This document shows, in pieces, positions 51,124-64,000 of a DNA stretch of 64,000 nucleotides. The stretch is taken from assembly GCA_040954595.2 (NCBI GenBank), contig CM082576.2, positions 12,713,129-12,777,128 on the forward strand, written 5' to 3'. The position numbers and the translations under genes are program-made. Every line of letters starts with the position of its first letter. The first letter of the stretch is position 1. A model generated the notes under the pieces. That model ran no database searches and was not told where the DNA came from. It saw only the letters and a list, made by a program, of their open reading frames with translations. The stretch is from Balanoglossus misakiensis (taxonomy: Eukaryota > Animalia > Hemichordata).

Positions 51124-51222
51124 TTAACCCTTTCAGACTTGGGTTTCTCTGGTATTTTAACACACATAAATGTACCCCTGTACAACGTACAGTATATAGC
51201 TTTTAAGGCCTGAGAGGCTTAA
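51124..51222. mobile_element. Degenerate ~95-bp TTAA-flanked (piggyBac-like) MITE, different interior
   Basis: TTAA|CCCTTTCAGACTT ... AAGGCCTGAGAGGC|TTAA imperfect inverted ends. Confidence 0.5.
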
Positions 51223-53953
51223 ATGCTGTGGAAGTAATCACTTTCATTGTTAAAGTAGACACCGTTGACAATTGCTTCCTGGTCTTGTGCATTGAGCAAT
51301 CTTTTACATGCACAGATATTGTTACATACCCATGCAACCAGGTATTGCTGTAATGGCACAATACTCGTGTGGGATTTTTCAATGTGCAAGAAACGTTGCA
51401 CGGTTTCAGATAGTCTAAGGGAAGAAGGATTGAGTAATAGTCGAACAACCTTGCAAGAGAACACTGCACACTTCCTGTTCATGTTTCCGATGTGAACCCC
51501 ACAACAGTCAAAATATCTCAACCAGCTACAGACAACTGAAACATGCAATGAAATGGTGATTGGTTAAATTGAATCAGAAATATTGTCAAGTAAGCAAGTA
51601 TCACAACAACAGCAAATTCGAATCAAGCTCTATATTATATATTGTAAATATTTCAAAAAATCAACCATGAATATGTCTCTGCTTCAGTGTTTTATATTGT
51701 GTGTATATATATGCTTCTTTCCCGAGTACAGCTTTAAGCTTAATACTCTGTTGTAGAATTATGTTAGAAATAATAAGACTGTCCGTTTGTCTATAGTGAA
51801 AATTATTTTATATATGTATATATATATATTTTTATCATCACTTTATCATGTATTTTATATTTCATTATGTCTTGTATGAATCATTCAACCACTGATCAAA
51901 CTATCACTTTGTGGTGAAGTGTCTCCATCTAAACAAATTCATGTAAAGAGAAAGCTGATTACCGGTAAATAATTTGAATTTTTCGCGAATCTCTGTCTGT
52001 CAGCGAGTGCTGACTTTTAGTATGCATGCAGCCACAGTCCCTCCACGCACGCGCCAAAAGGACCTGCAGTTCAAAGGTCAGCTGACTATCAAACCTGACA
52101 ACCTCAGCAAGCATCTTGCTTTTCGAGATCTGGTTTTCCATTAAAATTTGTGGTGAAAATATCTACTGTATTAATCGGCTTCTGGTGGTTTCACAGAGCA
52201 GTGATTTCAATGAGATGTTTCCAATTTTCATTCATTCGCTTGAAGTCTGTCGGTGCCTGAGAACATTTCTTGATAAATAAATTTTTCAATTATGGAAATC
52301 AAAACAGGGTATCAAATCACTGTGCAAATGTTTGATTTTTTTTTCAAATCTCTTGTATCAGGTAATTGCAAAAAAAATGATTTTGGAGTCTCTACAGGTG
52401 CCATGTGGACAGTTTGAAATTTAGAATTTTTACGTCAGATTTCCCAGTTTACTGTGAAGGGTTGGTGTCTATTCATTCATGAATAAAGTTGATCTGTCAC
52501 ATTCTGAAAACTACACTAGTCTACTTCATTGGAAGACAGGGAATTGAGCCGATGGCTTTTGTTTTGCTTGTGTCTGTCTTGAATGTTTGAATAGGTTCAT
52601 GGCTAATTTTGTATGCACACATCACCACATCAAACATTGGCAGCACATTGGGGTATTTGGGAACTACTAAGAATGTCTGTGGAGCCATTTCACACTTAGA
52701 ATGTTGGGCTTACTGAAGTCCGGCTCAGTATGCTTGATGTACTAGAATTTCTAACCAATTCCCAAAATTTCGAGTGAATACAAATAAGGGGATAGATTTG
52801 GTTCAATTTTAGAACCTCAATCATACAATCACTGTCAATAAGTAAGACTAGCTCCCATTTGGTGTATGTACATGTATATATACCAGTGGGATCAGTCAGT
52901 GTCCGTCCGTCCGTCTGTCCATGTTTGTAATGTTGACATTCTTTTATATATGAGCCATGCAGAACTTTCTCTGCATTATCTACTGACATGCCAGCCTCCC
53001 ATAGCATCTCCACGTGATCTTTCATGGTCGCCATGACGACCTCCGTCGATTGTGCTAAACATCAGCTCGTCATGCTATCAAAAGAAATTCCTCGGGCTCA
53101 AATATCACAAAGATCACAAGGTTATTCACTGTTTCTTAGAATTCGGCCGAGTCATAGTTATACTGCCCAGGCAGATCGTGATGCTTCCAACTGGGGCAGA
53201 CACCAAGATGTCTATTGTAAAACCGGTCGCGACCTCATTTATCCCTCCTCCACCCTCCCTTCTTTCAAGAATCATCATTTTATGCACTTCCCGTGTTTTG
53301 CCCCCCCCCCCCGATTTCGCGATTCAACACGTCTTGAGTGTCGTTTGAGTTTTATCGATGCTTCGCTGCCTGTACTCAGAACTTTATAACACACGAGTAA
53401 CAATTCATTTACCCATTTCCAGACACCGTTAACTTTTTAATTAGCAGTTCATAAGTATAGTCGTACTGCAGGACAGTTGAAACTCAAAACTGGGGTGTTG
53501 CATTACAAATTAGTAAGAAAAGCGCGTCGGTTGACGATCCACGATCTGCATTCTACCAGATTAATAACCATGATCTATATATCTATCTATCTGTCTGTCT
53601 GTTTGTCTGTCTGCCTGCCTGCCTGTCCGTCCGTCCGTCTGTCTATCTGAAGATGTCTCTCTGCCTCTCTCTGCATCGTGCCATACATCTCAATACAAAA
53701 CAGGCAGAACAGAGAAGTCCACGTACAAGCAATTCTTCATATTACGTGTCAGATTTATTATATGTAAATACTTACATGTTCTCGACGCCAAGACACGTCA
53801 CGCACGGAGCAGCAAATCAGCGTGTGTTAAAACTAGGTCGGCCGAGGAGGAACTGAAAATAGCGTTATGCGTCAAAGTTTCTAATTCTGACTGGCTGTGT
53901 TATTCTTGGTGTATTCTGGCTAGCCTGATTACCTTGGCAACCATCTGGTAAAC

Positions 53954-56900
53954 ATGAACCTGCATATCATGGTGGTTTTGCTGTGTACCTCGGCTCTTGT
54001 GGTCGCTAATTCCCTGGTGAGTTTTGTTTTTGTTTGGTGTCGGGGAAGGTTTCCAATCTTGCTCTCTGCGGAATGGAGTGATAGAGGAGGAAGTACATGT
54101 ACTGTACACTTATGTCGGATGGTGCTAGCATCTGAAAGTTCGCGGACAAGAACCACATGAAAGTTGGCGAAAATAACGTTATCTTGCAAGGTATCCCAGA
54201 GGCTAAAAACCTGAGATATCGCCATATGTCGAATATATTTGAATACGACGGTCGTGCTTTTGTTATTTTGTTGGAAAAGTTCTTCGGGTGTTGCAAAAAT
54301 CTGATCCTCGAAGCGAAAGTATCGCGGCTATTGGGTGTGCATATTTAATTACAATGATGTGTTTTTCTCGTTGAACTTTTTAACCCATTAAAATGCTCTG
54401 GATTTCCTCACATCGTCGCTGGCAGACGATAAGAAAGTCGGTATTTGTGTTGCCCTGCGCCATATTTGAGCAAGTGTGATGTCATCTGTCAGCTCCAAAA
54501 TGCCAACAAATACTTCAATAATTACTAGGGGTGGAAGTAAGTATTTAAAGAATAAGAAACGAGAAACGAGAGTTGCTGTTCATGTCGGAGCTATTCTTTT
54601 ATAACGGTTACCGAAGGTTCAACAACACGAAGAACAGACTGACCACAGTCCCTCAACACAAGAGAGTACTAGTACATTTATGTACAGACATAAGTTTTTC
54701 GGTTCCTTCTCAATGAAAATAAGTCCATGGATGGTTGGAACAAGGTTTGTTTGACGAGGGTGTGGACTTTACTGCGGGATCTGAATCCAAAGTCCCCAAG
54801 AAGTCCGAGTACAATGACTGCGAGAGACACCGATGAGCGCATTATTCGAGGTTTATTAGTAAGAAAGCTTTTAATAAATACTATTACCGGTAAGGTCATT
54901 TCGGTCACGTGGGCTGACGGTGGAGATTTATTCATGTCTGCCATTCGGTATTTAAACGAAGTTCCAAAGAGCGCATTTTCACTTGGCGTATTTTGATTCC
55001 CTCAAAATGACGACTTAAAAAGTTTCTTTAGTTCTTGCTTAAAAATTGTTGAGTTAGCTTCGAATATAACCCGCAAAGTTAAAAACAATTTACTCACTTT
55101 CTATAAATTGGCATTTTATAAATTCCCAGAGGAAATAGGCCTACTGTAATATGAAATTGTCTCATGTAAGTGTTAAGAGAACGTTCTTCGGGTAGGCAAT
55201 TCGGAATTTAGTGCAGTTTTTCGATTGTAAGTGGAACTATCTTTCTTGATAATTTTGAAAAATGAAACCCAACGCCGAACCATACTGCAAAGTCTCCATC
55301 TCTCGTCGGGCCATTTCTTCTTTGCTGATCTTAGAAGGTTCCGGGCCACGGTGCCGAGTGTTAGCGTGTCTTTTTGTTTATGCATGCCTACTACACCACC
55401 ATGCATGCAGCTGTGTTCAGTTTCAGACATATATGGCTAAAAAAGAGAATTATTTCTGGTCTTGACTTAAAAAGGGGGCGGCGACGTCGGGAATTGTAAT
55501 TGTTAGATGTAAATTGACTTGTGAGTCACCAACGCCAACCCTTATCTTTGTTTTTTATACATAAGACATTCCGATATCACGCCGTAAGTATAAAACGGCT
55601 CCCCACCCTCGAGATTAATGTGACCAGAAACAGCAATGCAGAGTGTGTACATATCAGCCTTTACGAGTATGTCGAGAGTCCTGCCGTGAACTCTCAGCGT
55701 GCTGGTAGGCCGGGCCCGTGTACATGTCAGAGGGCGTGCCGGCCAATTCCTGTGAAATTTGGCGATCCAAGTCATATTTGTTGAAATTGTGATGATATTT
55801 TCGATATTGTATTTTCGGGCCAATTTGTCCTTTTTGATAAAAAAAAAACAACCATGCCAGAGAACACTGAGCATGGCATTCGCTGACCCCTGAATTTGAC
55901 AGGTCTCAGAAGAAGTGCGCCGTTTCTTTTCTAATGCAAAGTATCACATCAGAGCTGTATCAGCTGGCATGTCGCTCGTTTCCATATTCAAATGTAACCA
56001 ACCGAAATACAGGTGTTACAGGCAGACACGCGTCGAGTGCAATGTAAGCATGAAAGCCCTGTTCAAAGTTTCACCCAAAATTAGAGGGAAATGTCGGCAA
56101 CGCCGAAAAATGATTTCATGTATTATGTTACCAGGTACAAACGACCATGATGGCATCAACGACGGGCGATTATGGTGATAGCAACACACTGTGCTACACT
56201 CTGCCGAGGCACATCAACGATTCCGTACGCCGCATAAACGTGGACTGTTCTGGTTGCCCAGAATTACCGTCGCCTCCACCCTGCATGTCAACATGGCAGT
56301 GTCCAACGACAACCCAAGGTATGTCAATTTTACAATTGGCTATATCCAGCCAGCTAGCCGGACAGACTGACGCACAGAGAGATACCGACTGATTGATTGA
56401 TTGGGTGGTTGATTGATTGATTGATTGACAGTGAATTATTCGTATACGATTAATGCATGGGTAGATGTGTTTTTTCGACAGTTTAACAATATCTCAAGTC
56501 ACACAGTTTCTTACATGCACGCACACACAGACGTACGCACGCACAAATAGATGTTGCGTGCTTGCATACATTTGTATCGCAAAAAATGATGACTTATTTC
56601 CATGTTTACACCCTCAGTGCCGACGACTTTCAGCACCACCACCCCCATCAGAACATCGGCCACAACAGACAGGACAACTCCGCCAGAAGAAATTACAAAT
56701 TCGCCCGCTTATTCAAGTCCGTCAACAATGCACACATTACCGCCATCAACCACCGGCCTCTCAAAATCAACTGCTGCTCCGGGTCCCTCAGCAGAACGCT
56801 CTACACGACAATCGGCCTCCAGCCCCTCCATTTCTACAGTGCAGGACACGACGGGGAGCAAGGTATCCGTGACAACTGGCGAGACACCCGCGAGCAAAAC

Positions 56901-58494
56901 GACGCCGAAGAAGGGCGAAACAGGCAATCCTAGAGGTATGTAGGTTCACCAACAAAAATAATTGACACCAAAGATGTCAGAAAGTTAACAAAGAGAACGA
57001 TTCAAAGTTTACAATATTAATATGGCAAGGATCATTGTAATTTAGTTTAATGATGTCAAAACCGACGTGCTCGTGAATTACTTGTAACCTATATAACTTT
57101 CTTTCTTTTTTTTCCGGACAGAAGCGGATATCTGGCCAATAGTCCTGGCTGTCGCAGCTGTCGTTTTCCTCATATTAATACTGATAGTGGTGGTGAAGGT
57201 CTGCATGCGGAGGTAGGCCCAAAGTATTACTGTTGTTGTTGTTGTTGTTGTTATTTTTGTTTAAACTGGTGTCACCATTTACATTTTCGACATGTTTCTA
57301 GTGTCGCCTGGGTAAGGCACCTTCATGACCGACGACTCATGATTCACCCCTTTTGTGTCCGGAACAAAATGTATTTGTTGCTGTTGTTCTCAGACGAGGT
57401 TTAATAGTGTGCGCAAATTCAACTGTGACCGTATGGCTGACTGTCTCGTACCAAAAATGTTAGCACGTAACGGTCGCACACAGTACAGGGGTGATGACAG
57501 TAGTCTTGCCCCGACTCTGTGGTTGCGATGTATCGCTTTCTTTTAAGTTTTAGCACAGCGCTGCAGTCGTTCGGTAGAAATCGGGCAGGGGACCAAACTA
57601 TCATAAAACGGCCTGAAACTCAAAGACAAACCGAAAGAACGAACAGGACCTCTTTTTTGTTGATAGTTTTATACCGCGTAAATAATTTTCTTCGCCCTTC
57701 AAGTATAATTCCATTTTTGGCCACCTTTCCCGTTCTCGTTCTTTTCCATCAGGAAGAAAATGCGCTTCTTTGATTTAATACGCACGTGGCGAGAAGCTTT
57801 CGGGACAAATCCGGGCCCATCCACTGATGAGAAGAGGGACAATACAAGAAGTACTGCAGAGTACACCAACGCGACTTACCAACCGACAGACTTGGAGGAA
57901 GGAAATGCGGGGAATGGACTTAAACTAGAAACGAAATCGCCGAATGAAGGAGGCACCGGCGAGAACAACGTGCACACAGCGACAGGTGTGGTGACTGGCG
58001 ACACGGAAGCGTTACTGAATTCGGCTTCGGATATGGCTCGGAACGACTCGGCCGCGGACTCGGGGGTTGTAACCCCGAGGGGAGCGAATGTTAACGAGAA
58101 GACTGGGGGAGAAGGTCCCAGGGAAAAGAATGATTCAGAAAGAGACATTTCAGAAAAGTCTGCTGGTGACACAGGTGTTGAAAGCGGTGTCGGTGGTGGT
58201 TCGGAGATGAAAAAGACGGAAGGAAGGGGAGACGACGCTGACTCAAGCAGGCCGCCCGAGGAAAAGTCAGGCGACAACGTCGCAGACAATCCATCTCCGG
58301 TAGCACAGCTTGAAAAGCCCGGCGGACAAGGGAAAGTGGACTCGGTCCCAGAGATTGCTGACGAGGAGGAAGAGGATGAACTGTTGCCTCCGATTGTCTC
58401 GCCAATTACATCTGGTACAAAAATGGCGACGCTGAAATATGATGACCGCTTCGGCCAATCACCGAAATCGCAAGGCAGTATTCAAAAGTTGTGA
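53954..58494 (+). CDS. Type I membrane protein with small Cys module, mucin-like S/T stalk and long acidic cytoplasmic tail (~465 aa)
   Basis: Exons 53954-54016 (signal peptide MNLHIMVVLLCTSALVVANSL), 56135-56318 (Cys module), 56618-56935 (Thr/Ser-rich), 57122-57212 (TM IWPIVLAVAAVVFLILILIVVVKVCMRR), 57753-58494 (tail). Total 1398 nt, phases 0/1/1/2 compatible. Confidence 0.82.
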
Positions 58495-61241
58495 TAGATG
58501 TAACATAGGATTAAGGCACTTTTGTGACAATAGCTATCATATTATTACACGTGTTACACAAAACTAGCAAGTCCCCGGTCAGCGCAGTTACGTCACTGGC
58601 ACGTCTTTTTTACGGGAGAACGCGGAGGGAAGACCCGAATACTATTGTAAATATTTAAAAGTAAACACGGGTGCGTTTTGGATCATACCTGTCTGTGTGT
58701 CAAACACCAAAGTGCAAACTTTTGAGAAGATACTCATTATAACGGAATAATAAGATAACGGTTAGCAACAAACTATGGTTTATGTATAGTTACAATGACG
58801 TACCATGTAACTGCTATGCCCAATCACGTAATTCGGGAGGAATAATTGATATATATAGGCGTTATTCGACAACAGACACATGTGCCGCCGTAGAGCATTA
58901 TGGGATAGATTGGCGGACATAATATTAGTTGGCATCGGCACGTACATTGTAACTTGCATATATCCCTGTACGGGGCGCAGTTGATCGTAAAATATCAAAC
59001 ATATTGCCTCAGCGGGCAAAGACCCTGAACATAAAAATAACCAATCAAAAATCAAATATATTTGATAAACAGCCTCAAAAAACATAGTGTTATAAGCCTT
59101 GGGGTTTTCTTGCACATAATAAAACAAGGCCTATACACGTGTAAATTTGAGGTATTTCCTCCTTCAAGCTGTCCCTATATGACCTTGTTTGTCAAACTAC
59201 CATCATAACTTTTATGTTAAATAAATACACCTCAAATGGTCGCTTTTGGATAGTCACTTTATCTCAACATTCGTCGCATAGGCCCTATCATGTATCTAAC
59301 GCGATGCGAGTTTCGGGCATTTCATAGAAAAGTTTTCCGTGCCCGCGAAGGCAGTTTAACTGAATATATGTTGTTTGTTAATTTCCTTCACAACCCGTTA
59401 TTGTCGGTGAATGCGTATTCAAGTAGCTTGGGATCACAGGTCAGTGACGCGTGTCTGAGAGAAGGTCGGGTGCTGTCAATGTCCGTCATGAAATATGACA
59501 TCCTTCACATACTTGGTGGGTGTATTCGTCATTTTGGTATGGGGGGGGGGGGGTATCAAAAAGTTGCCAATAGCCCCCCCCCCACCGCGATTGATAAAAC
59601 ACAACAAGATGATCCTAATATTCACCCGAGAAAAATCAGAAATACAGACTGTCTATTTTACATCAGAGATTCCCAGGGAGAAAAAATAGACTTCACCAAA
59701 GTATAAGAGTAGGCCTACATCTTCAGAATAATAGAAGCCTATTTCGTATTCTTCTGAAGGGTTGTCTGCCATATCAGACTGTATACATGTATGACATACA
59801 TGAGGTGTTTTTTCAATGTCTCTATCAAAGGCTATTTTATTCAATTTACTCGAAATATTCTTTCTGACAGAGAGATGCGGTCAGATGGGACTGGCTCCCT
59901 GCCCCCAGAAGTTGAAACATTTGAAGTTGTGAAAAGGAAGCACTGAGTTCTTCGGTGGCAGGAAACATTCGCTCAGGTGCGCAGTGACGCACCGACAATA
60001 TTTTCTGGCGCTAATTCAAAATGATATATGATAGCAGTTTATATTTAATGTATGCACCCGAACAGCGTGCCGAAAACTTGGTCTTAATGATTTAATTTGT
60101 TGCTGGTGTTTTGCTGCAATTGTGGGCTAGCGCGATATTGTAATTTGTACTCGCTCACAATATAAAAAAACACACTTATCCCTACTGAGCATTTTGAAAA
60201 AAGGTTGACCTCAAGCAATAAACGCCCCCGTCGGAAAAACTGACCAGTCCCTCAGCCTTTTGACCGACAGCTCCCAGGCCACTTTGAGTCTTGTGCTCTG
60301 CTCTTTTCAAACGTCCAACGATCGCCGGCCGAGCGTATTTCGGGTTTCAATTCGCACTTTTAGTTGTGTGAGAAACGGTAACTGGCTTTGTTTTATGGAT
60401 TGACTTGCGGTCGACGAACTATGCGAGTGTTTTAGAGGAAATTCGAAGCGATAATGAGAGACGTCCAGGTGCCTCCGCTATTCAGAGCGTGAAGTGAGTG
60501 GAGATCGCGATATACGTGTATAGAGGCTGAACTTGCAAGCCCAAGGCGTTTTGAGTTGTTTTCACGCGTAGAAGAGAACGGACACAAAATCTCTCAGACG
60601 GGATACCAGAATCTTTCACCGGTAAGCTGGAGCTTTGATACTCTAGTCACATGTCTGTCGCGCCGTGAAGGGCAGAAAAAGTCGGACTATTGCGCATTTT
60701 ATTTCAGTTCACTGTGCACAGCGCACTGACACTGCTCCGGGAACAAAATGGGGACAGAGTGTCAGGCTGGTGTGACCTTGGTTTAACTATAAACATGATA
60801 ATTAAGTAAACCTACTACATCATAACATATGGTATCCTTGTCAGTCGTTATATTAATAATAATTGGCGTAAATAAGCGACCTTTATGTCGGAAAAGGCCT
60901 TCTGAACAAATTCATTCCACGCACTGTTTCTTTGTAGTAGGTATTAACTGTAAATAATAATAAATTTCTTGTCACTTCCTTATCGACGAAGGAGTGGTAT
61001 GGCCTGCGGGAGGGTCGCCAACCTTTATATTTAGATTTTCAACAAGTAGGCCTAATCAATAACAATAACGACGACGACAACAACAACAACAACGACAACA
61101 GAACATCAGAACATGAATGTAAAATTAGTTTATACAAGAGTCAAAACAACGCTCCGAAACGTGCGGAAAATATATATGTGCAAACTGACGCTAGGCGTTT
61201 TTCGCCCTGATAAATCGACCGCAAGATTGCGTTTTGCACAA

Positions 61242-63653
61242 ATGGCTCTCAACAACGTTCTAGACATGAGAGCATGCGTGATAGAAACTTGTACGACGAC
61301 CAAACTACTAATACTAATAATTTTTATATTGCATTGTACACTTCGAAAAGTGGCGTATAACAAGTACTGTAACTATGATGTATTACATGCAATAGTTGTC
61401 ATTATTGCCTTGAACATGTGTTCAAATTAACTTGAGGAAAGAGGTATTGATATCAGAAACAACAGTTGACGAGGAAGTAAGTGACAATGATATATCACAC
61501 CACACACATGCGAGGGTAAAACTTCCGCGTTTGAAGGTCCATTTAGCTTTACATTATTTTTGTTTGATTTATATCTGCAGCAGTTTTTTTGTTCGAATCA
61601 CATGCAAGTTCATATATATCTCTCTTACTATGATCGCTGAAATATACCATACGATGTGATCACAGTGTGATTGACATATTGGCCTGAGTGCCACTGGAGA
61701 ATATTATAATACGCACGCGCATTTTCCGGGGATGTAAATTGAATTTAGATACGATAAAGGATGTATCCCCGGACACACTTGCAACCCATATTGGAATTAA
61801 AACGGTGGATATTATCAAAAATCATAACATAATTTTCGTATTTGTTTTTGCTGATAGCTTGGAACCTAAAAAATCCACCCCAATGTTTATCAAAATGGCC
61901 CAAGGAAAATGTTATGGAACTGGAGATGTACTATACTGCCATAGCTGTATAGAGACTCTACCGCCCCCACCACCACCGCCGCCACCGGATGCATCAACAC
62001 CTGCACCGACACTAACAATGCAGTCCATGAAGACACCCGAGCGTCCTGTTGTAACTCCACGTAAGTGTTTTTGATAATTAACCTAAAGCTGTTTTAAATT
62101 TCTTTACTATATTTTGCGTATCAACCAAGGTGCTTGGGTTCCCTGTGACTGATCACCGTGTGATGCATTTGTTTTTTATGATGGTTTTGTCAATTTTATA
62201 GTCAGTTATAGTCAGTTACAGATATCAATTACATTTAAAGGACTATCATTATTAAATTCAGAAACATTTTAATTCTGCAATAAAATCAACAATTAGACGT
62301 ACAAGTTGTGTTTTTTTCTTTCCATGTACTGTAATACACGATTTATTTATCTCGAGCAGTTACACTGACGAAGAATTTCTCTTTTTATTCTTTTTATCAG
62401 AGCCCAATGACATCACTGTAATCATCATCATCGTCCTTGTGATTGTTGCACTTTTGGTTATCGTAGCAATCATAATCACTTACTATCGTCGGTAAGTTTT
62501 GTCACGTGTTTCTTGTTCAGTTGTCAACGTAGGGGGAGCTGTCCGGGTCAGTTTCACTCATCAGCATTTTTGACCTGAGTCCCGCGCTCATGGTGCAAGT
62601 ATAACCAGAACTGCAGATGGCCTTTCTTGGAGTACGTTATATGATAATCGCTCTTTGGTGTTGATTTTGTCAAACTGATGACGTCACAGTCTCTCCTCCA
62701 TGCAGGGACCAGCATAGCTGTGGAAACGCGGCTGCAGCATGTGGGGTGTGGATTTGAGCAGGGCAGATTCCCTCACGTTGCCGTAAAGCTGCGTTTTCAG
62801 CGGGCATAATAAGTGTAACTTACGTAGCATATTGTTTTTCTTGTAAAGGCGACAAGGACGATGTTTCAACAAGATTGATGAACCTGAGGAGAATCCGAAA
62901 GGTAACGAACTTATCCCCGTTAATAACGAAATTAATTCTTCGAAGGAGGACAACAAAGAAAACGAAATGAAGGAGGGCGTCCCCAATCCTGCTGAAAATA
63001 ATGAAGAGCATGACTACGTCTATGTATCAGACGACAAAAACCAAACCGACTATGTCAAAGTATCAGACGACAAAAACCCAACTGACAATGTCAAAGTATC
63101 CGAGGACAAAAACCCAACCGACTATGTCAATGTATCAGACGACAAAAACCAAACCGACTCTGTCAAAGTATCAGACGACAAAAACCAAACCGACTATGTC
63201 AATGTATCAGACGACAAAAACCAAACCGACTATGTAATAGGGGACAAAAACCAAACGATGAATGGCGACTTGAGAGATCCGCAAAGTGAGACTGAGAAAG
63301 GAAAAGAACACGAGATTGGGAAGCCGAATGGCGCTGCAGGGGAAAGGAATCCGACCAGCAACGCCAGTGAGATCTTGTCACCGAATATTCAAAATCCAGT
63401 CACACCACAGTCGCACGACAAGAAAGAGCCTGAACCCCAACCCAGTTCATCCGACGCGTTAGAAGATGGCTTTGTTTATGCTGTCGCTCCCAAGGCGGGA
63501 TACGTAAAGAATGTAAAGGAGGCGTCAATAGTTAAACATCCGCATAGTCTCATGGCAAAAGAAACCAAGGCAAAAGAAACCAAGCTTTCTCAGCCGACGC
63601 ACACTGGGGAAGACCAGCCTATGTATTTGACACTCGAGCATGAAGCAGTCTAA
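61242..63653 (+). CDS. Type I membrane protein with short Cys/Pro-rich ectodomain and cytoplasmic Tyr-motif repeat array (~406 aa)
   Basis: Exons 61242-61363 (start and first exon less certain; hydrophobic LLILIIFIL), 61858-62060 ([27 protein letters not shown]...), 62401-62491 (TM ITVIIIIVLVIVALLVIVAIIITYYRR), 62849-63653 (tail). Phases 2/1/2 compatible. Confidence 0.78.
63012..63257 (+). repeat. Coding 36-bp tandem repeat (6 full + 1 shortened unit; DYVxVSDDKNQT)
   Basis: Unit gactatgtcaatgtatcagacgacaaaaaccaaacc repeated in frame in the last exon. Confidence 0.95.
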
Positions 63654-64000
63654 ACTGCGGCCATCGCTATCCACGCCTCTCCCTATATACACGATGTATT
63701 TGGACGTTTGGTATAAACGGTTGTTGCAAGAAATCACACAATTACTCCCATTAAATAAACGCAACTTTTGCCAGCAGGTTAGACTTAGTCGGACAAGCTT
63801 GACGCGAACGAAGACGTCAAGTTTTTGTTTTGTGATTCTACGCACGCAGCTACCTCCATGTTCTGACTCTTCCGGAAACCATGGACTTTCCGAGATCCAC
63901 GTGACAGAACAGTTTACAAAACATCAATCAGCATCTGATCGGGGACACGATCATCAAACTCATCGGGAGCGTAATACAGTGGCACGGGACACTAGTAGTT

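Noticed and set aside
60400-60621. Candidate coding first exon for the second membrane gene (donor ccg|gtaagc at 60621)
   Set aside because: I found no ATG-initiated frame with a signal peptide reaching the donor; at most a non-coding 5' exon.
63012-63257. 36-bp repeats as a CRISPR array
   Set aside because: Head-to-tail repeats with no spacers, in frame in a eukaryotic exon.

Overview
AT-rich, intron-containing animal DNA, probably a marine invertebrate (gene content is compatible with a hemichordate, echinoderm or cephalochordate, but this is inference). Seven protein-coding genes were reconstructed by reading GT/AG splice sites. (1) The 3' end of a ryanodine receptor (99-11298, +), whose pore-helix/selectivity-filter exon occurs as two tandem 49-nt copies arranged like mutually exclusive exons, and whose filter reads GGGIADE rather than GGGIGDE. 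(2) NUDT14 (-), head-to-head with (3) a C6orf120/UPF0669 homologue (+). (4) An unidentified coiled-coil protein (-) with two SxIP motifs and a polybasic-aromatic C-terminus. (5) A 9-exon nuclear receptor with two tandem C4 zinc-finger DNA-binding domains and one LBD (2DBD-NR, 31974-49435, +); both DBDs have introns at identical positions, and a PIF/Harbinger-type MITE with perfect TIRs lies just upstream. (6-7) Two tandem, apparently paralogous type I membrane proteins, the second carrying a cytoplasmic array of 12-aa Tyr-motif repeats (YVNV/YVKV). Several small MITE families and microsatellites also occur. All gene models are manual, with no database search or expression data.
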